DNA of 35,353 bases from a virus. Its lineage: Duplodnaviria > Caudoviricetes. The translations under genes were made by a program, and so were the position numbers. The notes beneath the pieces are model-generated. The model worked only from the letters and a program-made list of their open reading frames with translations. It searched no databases and was not told the origin of the DNA. The DNA lies in the IMG/VR virus record IMGVR_UViG_3300025018_001843, positions 1 to 35,353 of that record. One strand, written 5' to 3'. Position 1 is the first letter of the stretch; the number at the start of each line of letters is the position of its first letter. This document shows, one piece after another, positions 27,232-35,334 of this stretch.

Positions 27232-27421
27232 ACAAACTAAAACAAGCTATGGCGAGTTTAAGGAGGACTATACTAAGGTTTTAAGCGGTTGTTTAACGCT
27301 TTTATTTATAATATTAGCTTTAATATTCCCATTGCTTTGGATACCTTTTGCCGTTATATATGGATCCCTAGCTTATAAGTATTTTAGTGAAAAGAAAGTC
27401 GGGGAAAAAGTTGACAAATAG
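27224..27421 (+). CDS. Small membrane protein
   Basis: Long hydrophobic segment; ATG 27224 minimises the overlap. Confidence 0.6.
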   Translation: MNKQTKTSYGEFKEDYTKVLSGCLTLLFIILALIFPLLWIPFAVIYGSLAYKYFSEKKVGEKVDK

Positions 27422-27439
27422 ATAAAAATAGGTAATACT
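27411..27439 (+). promoter_or_regulatory. Early-class repeated promoter, copy 3
   Basis: TTGACA-AATAGA-TAAAAATAGG-TAATACT. Confidence 0.75.
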
Positions 27440-27466
27440 GTATATAGTACAAAGTTAATTAAAAAC

Positions 27467-27604
27467 ATGAACCTAGCACTAACAAAAAAGGAACAAGAGA
27501 TACTAATAGATTTACTATCCGACTTTGTAAAGGACACAGAGGATGAGCCTACGTTAAATGCAACAGGCAGAAATATTTTAGAAAAATTGGAGCAAGCTAA
27601 TTAA
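27467..27604 (+). CDS. Small hypothetical protein (45 aa; not in ORF track)
   Basis: MNLALTKKEQEILIDLLSDFVKDTEDEPTLNATGRNILEKLEQAN; fills the gap between the promoter and ORF 27606. Confidence 0.6.
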   Translation: MNLALTKKEQEILIDLLSDFVKDTEDEPTLNATGRNILEKLEQAN

Positions 27605-27605
27605 A

Positions 27606-28112
27606 ATGAATAAAAACCTGCCAGTAACACTGCTTATACTAACCACACTAACCCTAGTATTCAATATACTAACTTTAATAAACCTATTAAGGGTCAGTAA
27701 AAGCTTAAAGAGTACAAACTACATAAACCCTGTAATAAACATTGATTTGGTAGTACCCGAAAAGGACACGCTCAATACTGAGCTCGAGGATAAAACCTCG
27801 CTCAAAAATGACCGAATCTGGTCGGGTACAGCGAGTTACTATAGCCGAGAGGGGTGTGTAGGGTGCAGTCCAACACTAACAATGGCAAATGGCGAGCCTT
27901 TGGATGATACAAAGCTGACTGTAGCTTTTAACAAGGCTCCTTTAAATAGCTATGTAGAGATAACAAACATCTCAAACGGGCAAAGCGTAACGGCTAAGGT
28001 TACAGACACAGGCGGATTTGAAAAACTAAACAGGATTATAGACTTGGGCTTGGCTACTAAAAACGCAATAGGCTGTGGAGATTTATGCGAGGTGGAGGTA
28101 AAGGCTTTATAG
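27606..28112 (+). CDS. Membrane-anchored RlpA-like double-psi beta-barrel protein
   Basis: N-terminal TM; G.ASYY, TMANGE, LTVA, V.VTDTGGF...RIIDL. Confidence 0.8.
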   Translation: MNKNLPVTLLILTTLTLVFNILTLINLLRVSKSLKSTNYINPVINIDLVVPEKDTLNTELEDKTSLKNDRIWSGTASYYSREGCVGCSPTLTMANGEPLDDTKLTVAFNKAPLNSYVEITNISNGQSVTAKVTDTGGFEKLNRIIDLGLATKNAIGCGDLCEVEVKAL

Positions 28113-28114
28113 AT

Positions 28115-28181
28115 TTACACTCCCTGTCATTACACGCATCAGGTATTTGGGCAGGATGCTTGGTGTAGACAGGGGATGTAA
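28115..28181 (+). other. Long bulged hairpin in intergenic DNA
   Basis: Nested pairs TTACA/TGTAA, TCCCTGTC/GACAGGGG, TACAC/GTGTA and GCATC/GATGC around a 14-nt loop. Confidence 0.7.
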
Positions 28182-28313
28182 GTTTATAAAAAATGTTTGT
28201 AATAGTTAAAAAAGGTCATAAGGATTACTACAACTGTCAGATATATAAACCTAGACACAAAAAAGCAGACAGGCTTGGGTACATCCATGTAACCGAGAAA
28301 AGTTACAAGGAGT

Positions 28314-28550
28314 ATGAAAAAAAGCAAAAACCTAAAGCTTGAATATATAGTTATTGATCTTGACAGCCTAGTTAGTATGAAAACGGACATTGTATTTATA
28401 GAAAAAAATGGAAACAGGACAAAGGGTAAAAAACTGCACATCGATGTTACTAAGTTAATGAGGCTTTATTTGGAGGGTAAGGAGGTCGGGGGCATAGAAA
28501 CCTTATGGCTAGATCCTAATACCAAGTCTCACAAGGGTATTTATGGGTGA
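28314..28550 (+). CDS. Hypothetical protein
   Basis: AGGAG before the ATG; same strand as its neighbours. Confidence 0.6.
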   Translation: MKKSKNLKLEYIVIDLDSLVSMKTDIVFIEKNGNRTKGKKLHIDVTKLMRLYLEGKEVGGIETLWLDPNTKSHKGIYG

Positions 28551-28659
28551 AGATGAAATGTTGAATTTCGCTCAGAACTTTTTAGTTTGGGTTGGGCTTC
28601 TTACATTAGGGTTTTTAATGGGTGTTTTATGTGAGAGGTATTATCAAATTTATTTTTAA
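28543..28659 (+). CDS. Small single-TM protein (38 aa; not in ORF track)
   Basis: MGEDEMLNFAQNFLVWVGLLTLGFLMGVLCERYYQIYF; fills the gap exactly. Confidence 0.5.
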   Translation: MGEDEMLNFAQNFLVWVGLLTLGFLMGVLCERYYQIYF

Positions 28660-28661
28660 TT

Positions 28662-29009
28662 ATGGCAGACAAGTACGCATTATATAAAAAGCTAAGTACA
28701 AAATCCGAGAAGCTTAGTGAAGAGTTAAAGGCTATAAACACAGAGTTAAACTCCGTTAAGGATCAGATTATTGATGAAATAAAAGATCTATCTAAGCCTT
28801 TAAAATGCAAGTATGGGACTTTTAGCACTGTAAAAATGAAAAAATACAAGTTTACGGATAACTACTATGCTACTGAGAAACAGCTTAATCAGGAAATAAA
28901 AAAGGCAAAGGATGTGCTAAAGCTAGAGCAGAAAAAAGAGATCGAGGGGGGTAAAACACAAGTTACTGAAATTTTATATTTAAGGGTTAAGGATGATAAA
29001 AAGAATTAA
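28662..29009 (+). CDS. Hypothetical coiled-coil protein
   Basis: Coiled coil, then a K.KYGTFS beta hairpin, then coiled coil. Confidence 0.65.
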   Translation: MADKYALYKKLSTKSEKLSEELKAINTELNSVKDQIIDEIKDLSKPLKCKYGTFSTVKMKKYKFTDNYYATEKQLNQEIKKAKDVLKLEQKKEIEGGKTQVTEILYLRVKDDKKN

Positions 29010-29163
29010 AAACCTTATAACTTCGATTAAAGATTTTATAAACCTGTGGCTTTACAGAATACTCAGGCTGTGTCCTTATTGTCACCTCAGTATTAAATGA
29101 GGCTGGATAGATTGGGGTCACTATGAATGTCGCAGGTGCGGTAAGCATATAAAGTGGCAGTAA
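28993..29163 (+). pseudogene. Zinc-ribbon ORF interrupted by an in-frame TGA (nonsense mutation or readthrough)
   Basis: MIKRIKNLITSIKDFINLWLYRILRLCPYCHLSIK*GWIDWGHYECRRCGKHIKWQ; the TGA at 29098-29100 lies between two CxxC pairs. Confidence 0.6.
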
Positions 29164-29267
29164 ATGCTGGGGCAGGGAGAACTCAACGGGAGGTTTGAGG
29201 CAAAGCTGGTGAGCCTGCTTAATAGGGTTGATCCCAGCTACTAATTATTAAATTTATTTAAAAAAAT

Positions 29268-29669
29268 ATGTTAAGAAAAGAAAACAAAGCTCTTATTAGA
29301 AAGTATTTAAAAGAGTTTAAAGCCTGTCCTGATTTAAGAACCCTTAAGGAGTATGATTACAACAGACTTTATAATGACTTCGGTTTTAGGAAGTATGCTG
29401 GGTTACCCACTCGGGGATATAAGTCAAAATTAAAACCAAAAATTGGCTTTAATCCCGAGAATATTACAGATGAGTGTGTACACTTTGCAACAATAAAAAT
29501 TGAGAAAGGAACCTCTATTTTTTATGACTTGGCTATATTCTCTCTGTTTACAATAATGTATGCTCTGATATTCACGCTATTTTATAACTTGTTAGGTTTA
29601 GAGGCTGTTGTAACCTCAGCCTTTGCGGTAATACTGGGTTACCTTTCTAGTAATGTCGGCGGTAGATGA
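29268..29669 (+). CDS. Hypothetical protein with two C-terminal TM segments
   Basis: Hydrophobic C-terminal third. Confidence 0.65.
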   Translation: MLRKENKALIRKYLKEFKACPDLRTLKEYDYNRLYNDFGFRKYAGLPTRGYKSKLKPKIGFNPENITDECVHFATIKIEKGTSIFYDLAIFSLFTIMYALIFTLFYNLLGLEAVVTSAFAVILGYLSSNVGGR

Positions 29670-30195
29670 TGCTCTAAAGTTTGCCAAAGAGCTCAGGTCT
29701 TATGATGAGTTAGAGCAAAACTTAGAGTTAAGAAACAGGCGAGGTAAGGTAGCTATGGGAGGATTATTAGATTATTTATTTGCTACTTACAAGGTTAAGT
29801 GTGAGTTTGAGTATAAAGATGAGTCTATGTGGTCAAAGGAGATAGATATGACTGAAGACGCCACGCTTTGGTGGGGTGGTAAAGACAACAATAAGCCGAT
29901 ACCCTTCGAGGTCAAGGCTACCCACATAAAAGCTACAAGTAGTTATTTTTTATCACATGGTTATTGGTACTTGAGACCTTCTGGAATACAACTTGTTATG
30001 CAAAAAGAAGGGAGGTTGTATATGTCGACTCCCGATAGATTTGTACTTATGAAGTGTGATGTGGTTATGAGCAAATACCCTGAGATGTTACCATCTCCTT
30101 ATTGGGGTAAAAAACCCTGCTACGCTATACCAAAGGAGGACTGGATGAGGCTTAGTAAAGAGCATATTACAGAGTTAAAAATACCGAGAAAATGA
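29653..30195 (+). CDS. Hypothetical protein, possible PD-(D/E)XK nuclease fold
   Basis: EDATL...IPFEVKAT resembles a D...EVK active site. Confidence 0.45.
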   Translation: MSAVDDALKFAKELRSYDELEQNLELRNRRGKVAMGGLLDYLFATYKVKCEFEYKDESMWSKEIDMTEDATLWWGGKDNNKPIPFEVKATHIKATSSYFLSHGYWYLRPSGIQLVMQKEGRLYMSTPDRFVLMKCDVVMSKYPEMLPSPYWGKKPCYAIPKEDWMRLSKEHITELKIPRK

Positions 30196-30548
30196 AAGAG
30201 ACACAAATACAGCAAGCTATACTACATTACCTGCAGTTACTTGAGAATCAAGGGGTGGTTTATGCCTTCAGAAACAATAGCTTTCAAGGTCATGTTACTC
30301 GCAGATACTATACAAAGAGCAGGGGAGTAGTACACACGCAGGGTTATATTAAAAACGCCAAGAGGGGCATGCCTGATATAATTGTATGTGCTAACGGGCG
30401 ATTTGTGGGCTTAGAAGTTAAAAGACAAGGAAACTACCAGACTGAGGTGCAAAAGCTCGCACAGGAGCAAATAGAGGGGGCTGGTGGGCTATATTTTGTA
30501 GTCCGAAGCGTAGATGACGCTGAGAAAGCCATTAAATCAGTCCTATAG
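30192..30548 (+). CDS. VRR-NUC domain nuclease (resolvase-like)
   Basis: MKETQIQ, GMPDII, GLEVK, Q...Q, GGLYFVVRSVDD. Confidence 0.88.
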   Translation: MKETQIQQAILHYLQLLENQGVVYAFRNNSFQGHVTRRYYTKSRGVVHTQGYIKNAKRGMPDIIVCANGRFVGLEVKRQGNYQTEVQKLAQEQIEGAGGLYFVVRSVDDAEKAIKSVL

Positions 30549-30549
30549 A

Positions 30550-30578
30550 TTGACTTATGGGTAAAAATAGTTAAAATT
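30550..30578 (+). promoter_or_regulatory. Early-class repeated promoter, copy 4
   Basis: TTGACT-TATGGG-TAAAAATAGT-TAAAATT. Confidence 0.75.
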
Positions 30579-30588
30579 GGATATAAAT

Positions 30589-30819
30589 ATGGAAGATACA
30601 ACAGTTGCAACAAAAAAATACACAAAAGGCTTCACTGCATTGTCTAAGGCTCTAAAGGAGCTTGGGTTACCTTCTTCAGTTAAAACTCTAAGAGAGTATG
30701 AGAAGGCTGGTCTAATTCCTGAACCTAAAAAGACAATAGGTGGTCACAGACTTTATACTGAGGAAGATATACAAAAAATCATCAGCATAATTGCTGGGAA
30801 CCGAGATGCAAACAATTAA
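30589..30819 (+). CDS. MerR-type HTH DNA-binding protein (DNA-binding domain only)
   Basis: TLREYEKAGLIP.P....GGHRLYTEEDI. Confidence 0.85.
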   Translation: MEDTTVATKKYTKGFTALSKALKELGLPSSVKTLREYEKAGLIPEPKKTIGGHRLYTEEDIQKIISIIAGNRDANN

Positions 30820-31840
30820 AGTTTTTTTAGCACAAGAATCCAAAGGCAAGATTGGGGGGGGCTGGACTTTTGTAGATAACTTAAAAAAATCTACTCCCCG
30901 ACTTGTTATAACGGATAATATAGAAGAGTCAGAGGTTGTACTAATACCGAGTGCAACAATGCTTACTAGAAAATACCTCAAAGAAATTAGAGAGAAGTAC
31001 AAGGATAAACCCTTTGTTTTAAGGATTGATAATCTACCTCCCGATCATAGAAACTCGGGGAAGGGCTGGGCGAGACTACTTGCCTGTGCTTTAGCCTCAG
31101 ATCACATGATATTTCAAAGCGAGTGGGCAAAAAATCACATATACCCACAGTTAGTACCTCATACAGGTGAAAAAAGTCACAGTATAGTTTATAACGGAGT
31201 TGATACTAAAATATTTACTCCTGATGGCGATACCTACCTAGATAAAGAGATTGAGCTTTTATTCGGACAGCATAGAAAAATGAGAGACCTATCACCTCGC
31301 TTTTTATTCTTTTTATCCAGCTCAGATCCTGCTAAAAGAATCGAAGAGGTGGTGCATCTTTTTAGAGAGTACTCAGCCTACTCTAGAGAAAATGGTACAG
31401 GTGATCCATTGCTAGTTTTAGCTGGTAAGGGCTACCCTAAAGAGTGGGTTGATTATGATTTTGAGTTTAGGAATGATGAAAATATATTATATATACCTCA
31501 GCCGTTTGTAGATAAAAAAGCTGTTGCCAGCCTATATAGATCCTGCGATGCTTTAATATTTACAGCTTATGGAAACGCCTGCAGTAATACTGTTTTAGAG
31601 GCTATGGCTTGCGGTTTGAATGTTTTATATCAGGCTTACGGAGGTCAGCATGAGTTAATAAGTCCTTTTGGGGTGCCTATAAACTATGTTGATATGGGCG
31701 GTATAGAAATGATGAGTGCAGTAGCACAACTTGGAAACCATGAGCATATTAGGGCAAAGGTCGAGTCTGAGTACACGCTGGCTAATATGGGAGGTGCTTA
31801 TGCAAGAGTGTTTGAGAAAGTTTTAAAATATAAAAAATGA
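30806..31840 (+). CDS. Glycosyltransferase family 4 (GT-B)
   Basis: IGGG, FQSEW, VYNGVD, LYRSCD, ACSNTVLEAMACG; probable start MQTIKV at 30806. Confidence 0.88.
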   Translation: MQTIKVFLAQESKGKIGGGWTFVDNLKKSTPRLVITDNIEESEVVLIPSATMLTRKYLKEIREKYKDKPFVLRIDNLPPDHRNSGKGWARLLACALASDHMIFQSEWAKNHIYPQLVPHTGEKSHSIVYNGVDTKIFTPDGDTYLDKEIELLFGQHRKMRDLSPRFLFFLSSSDPAKRIEEVVHLFREYSAYSRENGTGDPLLVLAGKGYPKEWVDYDFEFRNDENILYIPQPFVDKKAVASLYRSCDALIFTAYGNACSNTVLEAMACGLNVLYQAYGGQHELISPFGVPINYVDMGGIEMMSAVAQLGNHEHIRAKVESEYTLANMGGAYARVFEKVLKYKK

Positions 31841-32277
31841 AAATAAACATCGGGTGCGGTGAGACATGGCGAGAATATCTGCAAAAGTATGGCTATAAGG
31901 GTCTCGACTTAAAAGACTTCGGTCAAGACTTTGTTTGTGATGTTAGAGAGGGTTTACCCTTTAAGGATATGGGGGTTGACTATATACATTGTCAGCATTT
32001 TTTAGAGCATCTTACTTATGATGAAGCTATAAACTTTTTAAATGAGTGTTGGAGGGTGCTTTCTAAGGATGGCGAGCTTAAAATAATAGTGCCTCACGCT
32101 ACTAAAAGTGAGGGTGCTTTTGTGTTAACGCATAGAAGTTTTTATACTGAGAAGGCATTTAAACATTTAGAGAATGAAAACATAGAGTCCGTTTATGGTA
32201 TTAAGGCTTGGGAAGTTTTAAATTTATTAACTAATAGCAGGGGCGATATACACGCACTGCTTAGACCTAATATATGA
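31837..32277 (+). CDS. Small class I SAM-dependent methyltransferase (Methyltransf_11-like)
   Basis: INIGCG, GLD, CDV..GLPF, HFLEHL, ECWRVL..DG....VPH. Confidence 0.85.
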   Translation: MKINIGCGETWREYLQKYGYKGLDLKDFGQDFVCDVREGLPFKDMGVDYIHCQHFLEHLTYDEAINFLNECWRVLSKDGELKIIVPHATKSEGAFVLTHRSFYTEKAFKHLENENIESVYGIKAWEVLNLLTNSRGDIHALLRPNI

Positions 32278-33854
32278 AAATACTAATTGTTGTTGATAAA
32301 CCTGACTCAGCTATAGACAGATTAGCTAAGGGGATGAAACGCTACAATCATCTATTTGATATTAATATTTTACCTGTACATCCTAAAAAACCTTCGCCTG
32401 AGCAACTTTACATATATCAGGATCTTGCTATGCAAAGTGATATTATTCATTTTTACTACTACAAGTCAGGTGAAATGTTAAGGGAAAAGTACCCTCAGAT
32501 CTTAAAGGGTAAGCCTGCTATACTGTCACATCATAACCCTTATAACGCTCTAGATACTAACGCCGATGACTATACCCACACTGTGGTAAATAATGAAACT
32601 ATACTTAAAAGCAGAGATTATGACTCCCATCTAATACATAACGGGGTTGATTTAGCCTACTGGACTGCAGGTGAGAGATATACCGAAGAGGAATCTGTGT
32701 TGATGGTAGCTAATAGGATTGAGGCTAAAAAGGGTGTGCTTCCTGTAGCTAAAGCCTGCAAAAAGCTCGGATACAAGTTTATTTTAGTAGGAAATATCTC
32801 TGACGCTAACTACTGGCAAGAGTGTTTAGATGAGGGTGCTATCTTTCATCAAAATATACCCGATGAGAAGCTTAGAGAGTTATACAGAACCTCAGCGGTA
32901 CATGTTTGTAATAGTGTGGATAACTTTGAGTCAGGTACACTGCCTATACTAGAGAGTATGGCTTGCGGACTTCCTGTAGTAACCCGAATGATAGGGCATG
33001 TGCCAGAGCTTCATAATGGAAAAAATATGACCATATTTAAAGGACAGCCTGATGATGTGGAATTGTGGACAAATACCCTAAAAAGGGTTATGAGTAATAG
33101 AAAGCTAAGGTTAAAGCATCGGGAGGCTGGTTGGGACACTGTTAAAAACTGGGGTGTCGATAGAACAGCCTACAAATACGCAAAGCTTTATTTTTCATCA
33201 GTATATCAGAAACCCTTAGTTAGTGTTGTAATACCTACCTACAATAGATCAGAAAGCCTACTTACTGTGTTAACTAGTGTTGGGGCTCAAACATATCAAG
33301 ATATGGAGGTATTAGTAGTTGATGACGGCTCGGATAACGGCGAATACATAAAAAACAGAGCTACTGTTAAAGCTTTTAAAAGTGTATCTAAAATGCCTAT
33401 TAGACACATATACCAACAAAAGTGTGGTTATGGTTTAGCAAGGGCTAGAAATGAGGGTGTTATTGAGGCATTTGGTAGCTATATTTTATTTTTAGATGAT
33501 AGGCTTTCTTTAAACAAGGACGCTGTAGTTGAGATGGTGAATATGTATGAAGGCATTGTAAAAAAGAAAACAGCTCTGTGGGGAGTTAAGGATAATTATC
33601 CCAAAAGCTTTGTTGAGAACTTCTCGCTATTCCCTCGCAAAGAGTTTATTGAAGCTGGTATGTTTAACGGCAATGTAACCTATTACGGCGGTATGACTCA
33701 GGAGATTAGAACCCGACTTGAAGCTCAAGGTTGGGATCTGAAACGCTGTGACAAGGCTCTAGCAAGTAGCTTTGTTAAAAGTAGGTCAAAATGGTTAAAA
33801 AGAGATAGTATTATAAAGGCAAAGATGTTACTATATAAGATGTATGGGAAATAA
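32274..33854 (+). CDS. Bifunctional glycosyltransferase: GT4 domain fused to GT2 domain
   Basis: IHNGVD, RIEAKKG, ESGTLPILESMACGLPV; then LVSVVIPTYNR, VVDDGSD, ARARNEG, LFLDD. Confidence 0.92.
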   Translation: MKILIVVDKPDSAIDRLAKGMKRYNHLFDINILPVHPKKPSPEQLYIYQDLAMQSDIIHFYYYKSGEMLREKYPQILKGKPAILSHHNPYNALDTNADDYTHTVVNNETILKSRDYDSHLIHNGVDLAYWTAGERYTEEESVLMVANRIEAKKGVLPVAKACKKLGYKFILVGNISDANYWQECLDEGAIFHQNIPDEKLRELYRTSAVHVCNSVDNFESGTLPILESMACGLPVVTRMIGHVPELHNGKNMTIFKGQPDDVELWTNTLKRVMSNRKLRLKHREAGWDTVKNWGVDRTAYKYAKLYFSSVYQKPLVSVVIPTYNRSESLLTVLTSVGAQTYQDMEVLVVDDGSDNGEYIKNRATVKAFKSVSKMPIRHIYQQKCGYGLARARNEGVIEAFGSYILFLDDRLSLNKDAVVEMVNMYEGIVKKKTALWGVKDNYPKSFVENFSLFPRKEFIEAGMFNGNVTYYGGMTQEIRTRLEAQGWDLKRCDKALASSFVKSRSKWLKRDSIIKAKMLLYKMYGK

Positions 33855-34185
33855 GAAATACAATTCCAAAAACAACAAAGAGATGAGAAAAAGGGCTGAT
33901 GAACTTAACGCTCAGCTACCCGATGAAGTTAAGGATGACAAGACAGGTAAGGTGTATAGAAAGGGCAAAGACTATGAGGCTGACTTTACAAAGGAAATAC
34001 TTTGTGAATGCGAGACACTAAAAAAGCTTGGTTATGGACACTATATCTGCACTAACTGTAAAAAGATCTTTGAGATCCCTTTTACAATGCAGTATAGCTA
34101 TGAAGAGATCCTTAATAAATTTGATGGGATAGTTAAAAATGCAAAAAAAGAAATTGGAAATTCCAAAAAATCTAAAAAAGCTTAA
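33844..34185 (+). CDS. Zinc-ribbon hypothetical protein inside the GT operon
   Basis: CEC...CTNC. Confidence 0.6.
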   Translation: MGNKKYNSKNNKEMRKRADELNAQLPDEVKDDKTGKVYRKGKDYEADFTKEILCECETLKKLGYGHYICTNCKKIFEIPFTMQYSYEEILNKFDGIVKNAKKEIGNSKKSKKA

Positions 34186-35128
34186 GGTATTCGGGTATGC
34201 ATGGCATGTTGGACACCAGTATGAGCTATCAAAGTTATTCGGCGAGTATCACTTCTTAATAAACCCTTATAGAACATGGGGTGAAAAAAGCAGACCATTT
34301 CCTGATAACGCAAAGTGGGTCTCTCACTTTGATCCTAAAGAAAACTATGACCTTGCTTTATTGCATGTGGATCAGACTTCTATTAGCGAGGGTACTAAAA
34401 ACCAGCTATTTGTAGATGTAGAAAAGGTCACCAGAGGCAAAGTACCAAGAGCAATAATTAACCACATGGTGCCTATTCATGATGATTTTGAAACGCCTGA
34501 GGTTATAAAGCGAATGAAAGAGCTTGTTGGCGATATACCTATGGTTGTAAATAGTAGGCAGGCTGGTGAGATGTGGGGGTTTGGAACGCCTATTATACAT
34601 GGTCTAGATCCTAATGATTTTTATTCAGACCTACCAAAGGAGCCGAGAGTTATTATAGTACTCTCCCCTGCTGGTATGGATAGAGCCTACAATAGAACCC
34701 TAGCTTATAAGACTATTGATATATTAAAGGAAAAGGGCATTCAGACATATTGGGTTGGGTCTAATATACCAACATTTAAAAACTATGATGAGTACAGGGA
34801 CTTTATTGGAAGATCGGCGGTGTTCTTCTTTCCAGCATCGGACTCCCCTATGCCTAGAGCAAGGACTGAGGCTATGATGTCAGGTTGTTGTATAGTAACT
34901 ACTCCCTACCATGATGCGGATAGATATATTAAGCATGGCGAGAATGGTTACTTAGTTAGAAACTACTTGTCGGCATCGGATACCATTTATGACTTACTTG
35001 TTAATAACTATAAAAAAGCTGTTGAGGTTGGTAAAAAAGGTCGGGAGACAGCTATTAAGGAGTTACACACTAACAGATGGGCAAAGGACTGGGAGCAATT
35101 TTTAATTAAAAACGGGGTTATAAAATGA
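34139..35128 (+). CDS. Glycosyltransferase family 4-like (GT-B)
   Basis: VVNS, IIHGLD, DSPMPRARTEAMMSGCCIV, IKHGENGYL, VGKKGRETA. Confidence 0.85.
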   Translation: MQKKKLEIPKNLKKLKVFGYAWHVGHQYELSKLFGEYHFLINPYRTWGEKSRPFPDNAKWVSHFDPKENYDLALLHVDQTSISEGTKNQLFVDVEKVTRGKVPRAIINHMVPIHDDFETPEVIKRMKELVGDIPMVVNSRQAGEMWGFGTPIIHGLDPNDFYSDLPKEPRVIIVLSPAGMDRAYNRTLAYKTIDILKEKGIQTYWVGSNIPTFKNYDEYRDFIGRSAVFFFPASDSPMPRARTEAMMSGCCIVTTPYHDADRYIKHGENGYLVRNYLSASDTIYDLLVNNYKKAVEVGKKGRETAIKELHTNRWAKDWEQFLIKNGVIK

Positions 35129-35334
35129 TTTATATTTTTTATTTAGAAAAAAGAGAAAAATACTCGCATGTGGAAAAGCTTGTGAATAAAAGCATTGTAC
35201 CTTTGTGGTCAAAGAGTTATCAGAATGCTATTACTACACTACAGATTAAGAATATTACAAAGTATTACATAGTTAAGAAAAGCCAGTCTTTTAAGATCCT
35301 AGAGTTTATTAAGTTACTTATATTTAAAAAATGA
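35125..35334 (+). CDS. Small basic hypothetical protein linking the two halves of the GT operon
   Basis: ATGA-coupled at both ends (to 34139..35128 and to the copy of ORF 114). Confidence 0.6.
   Translation: MIYIFYLEKREKYSHVEKLVNKSIVPLWSKSYQNAITTLQIKNITKYYIVKKSQSFKILEFIKLLIFKK

Noticed and set aside
29166-29242. tRNA gene or SECIS element
   Set aside because: No TTCGA T-loop or proper D and anticodon arms; the TGA is not at a Cys-equivalent position, so selenocysteine is unsupported.
2867-34600. Minus-strand ORFs in the track (e.g. 2867, 4448, 8329, 12377, 15129, 28184, 30712) and nested + ORF 4455
   Set aside because: Nearly all lie opposite or inside well-supported genes and show no motifs; treated as shadow ORFs.
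30806-35128. T4-type DNA glucosylation or Gtr serotype-conversion cassette as a firm call
   Set aside because: The required partner enzymes are not recognisable; kept only as alternatives in the finding.
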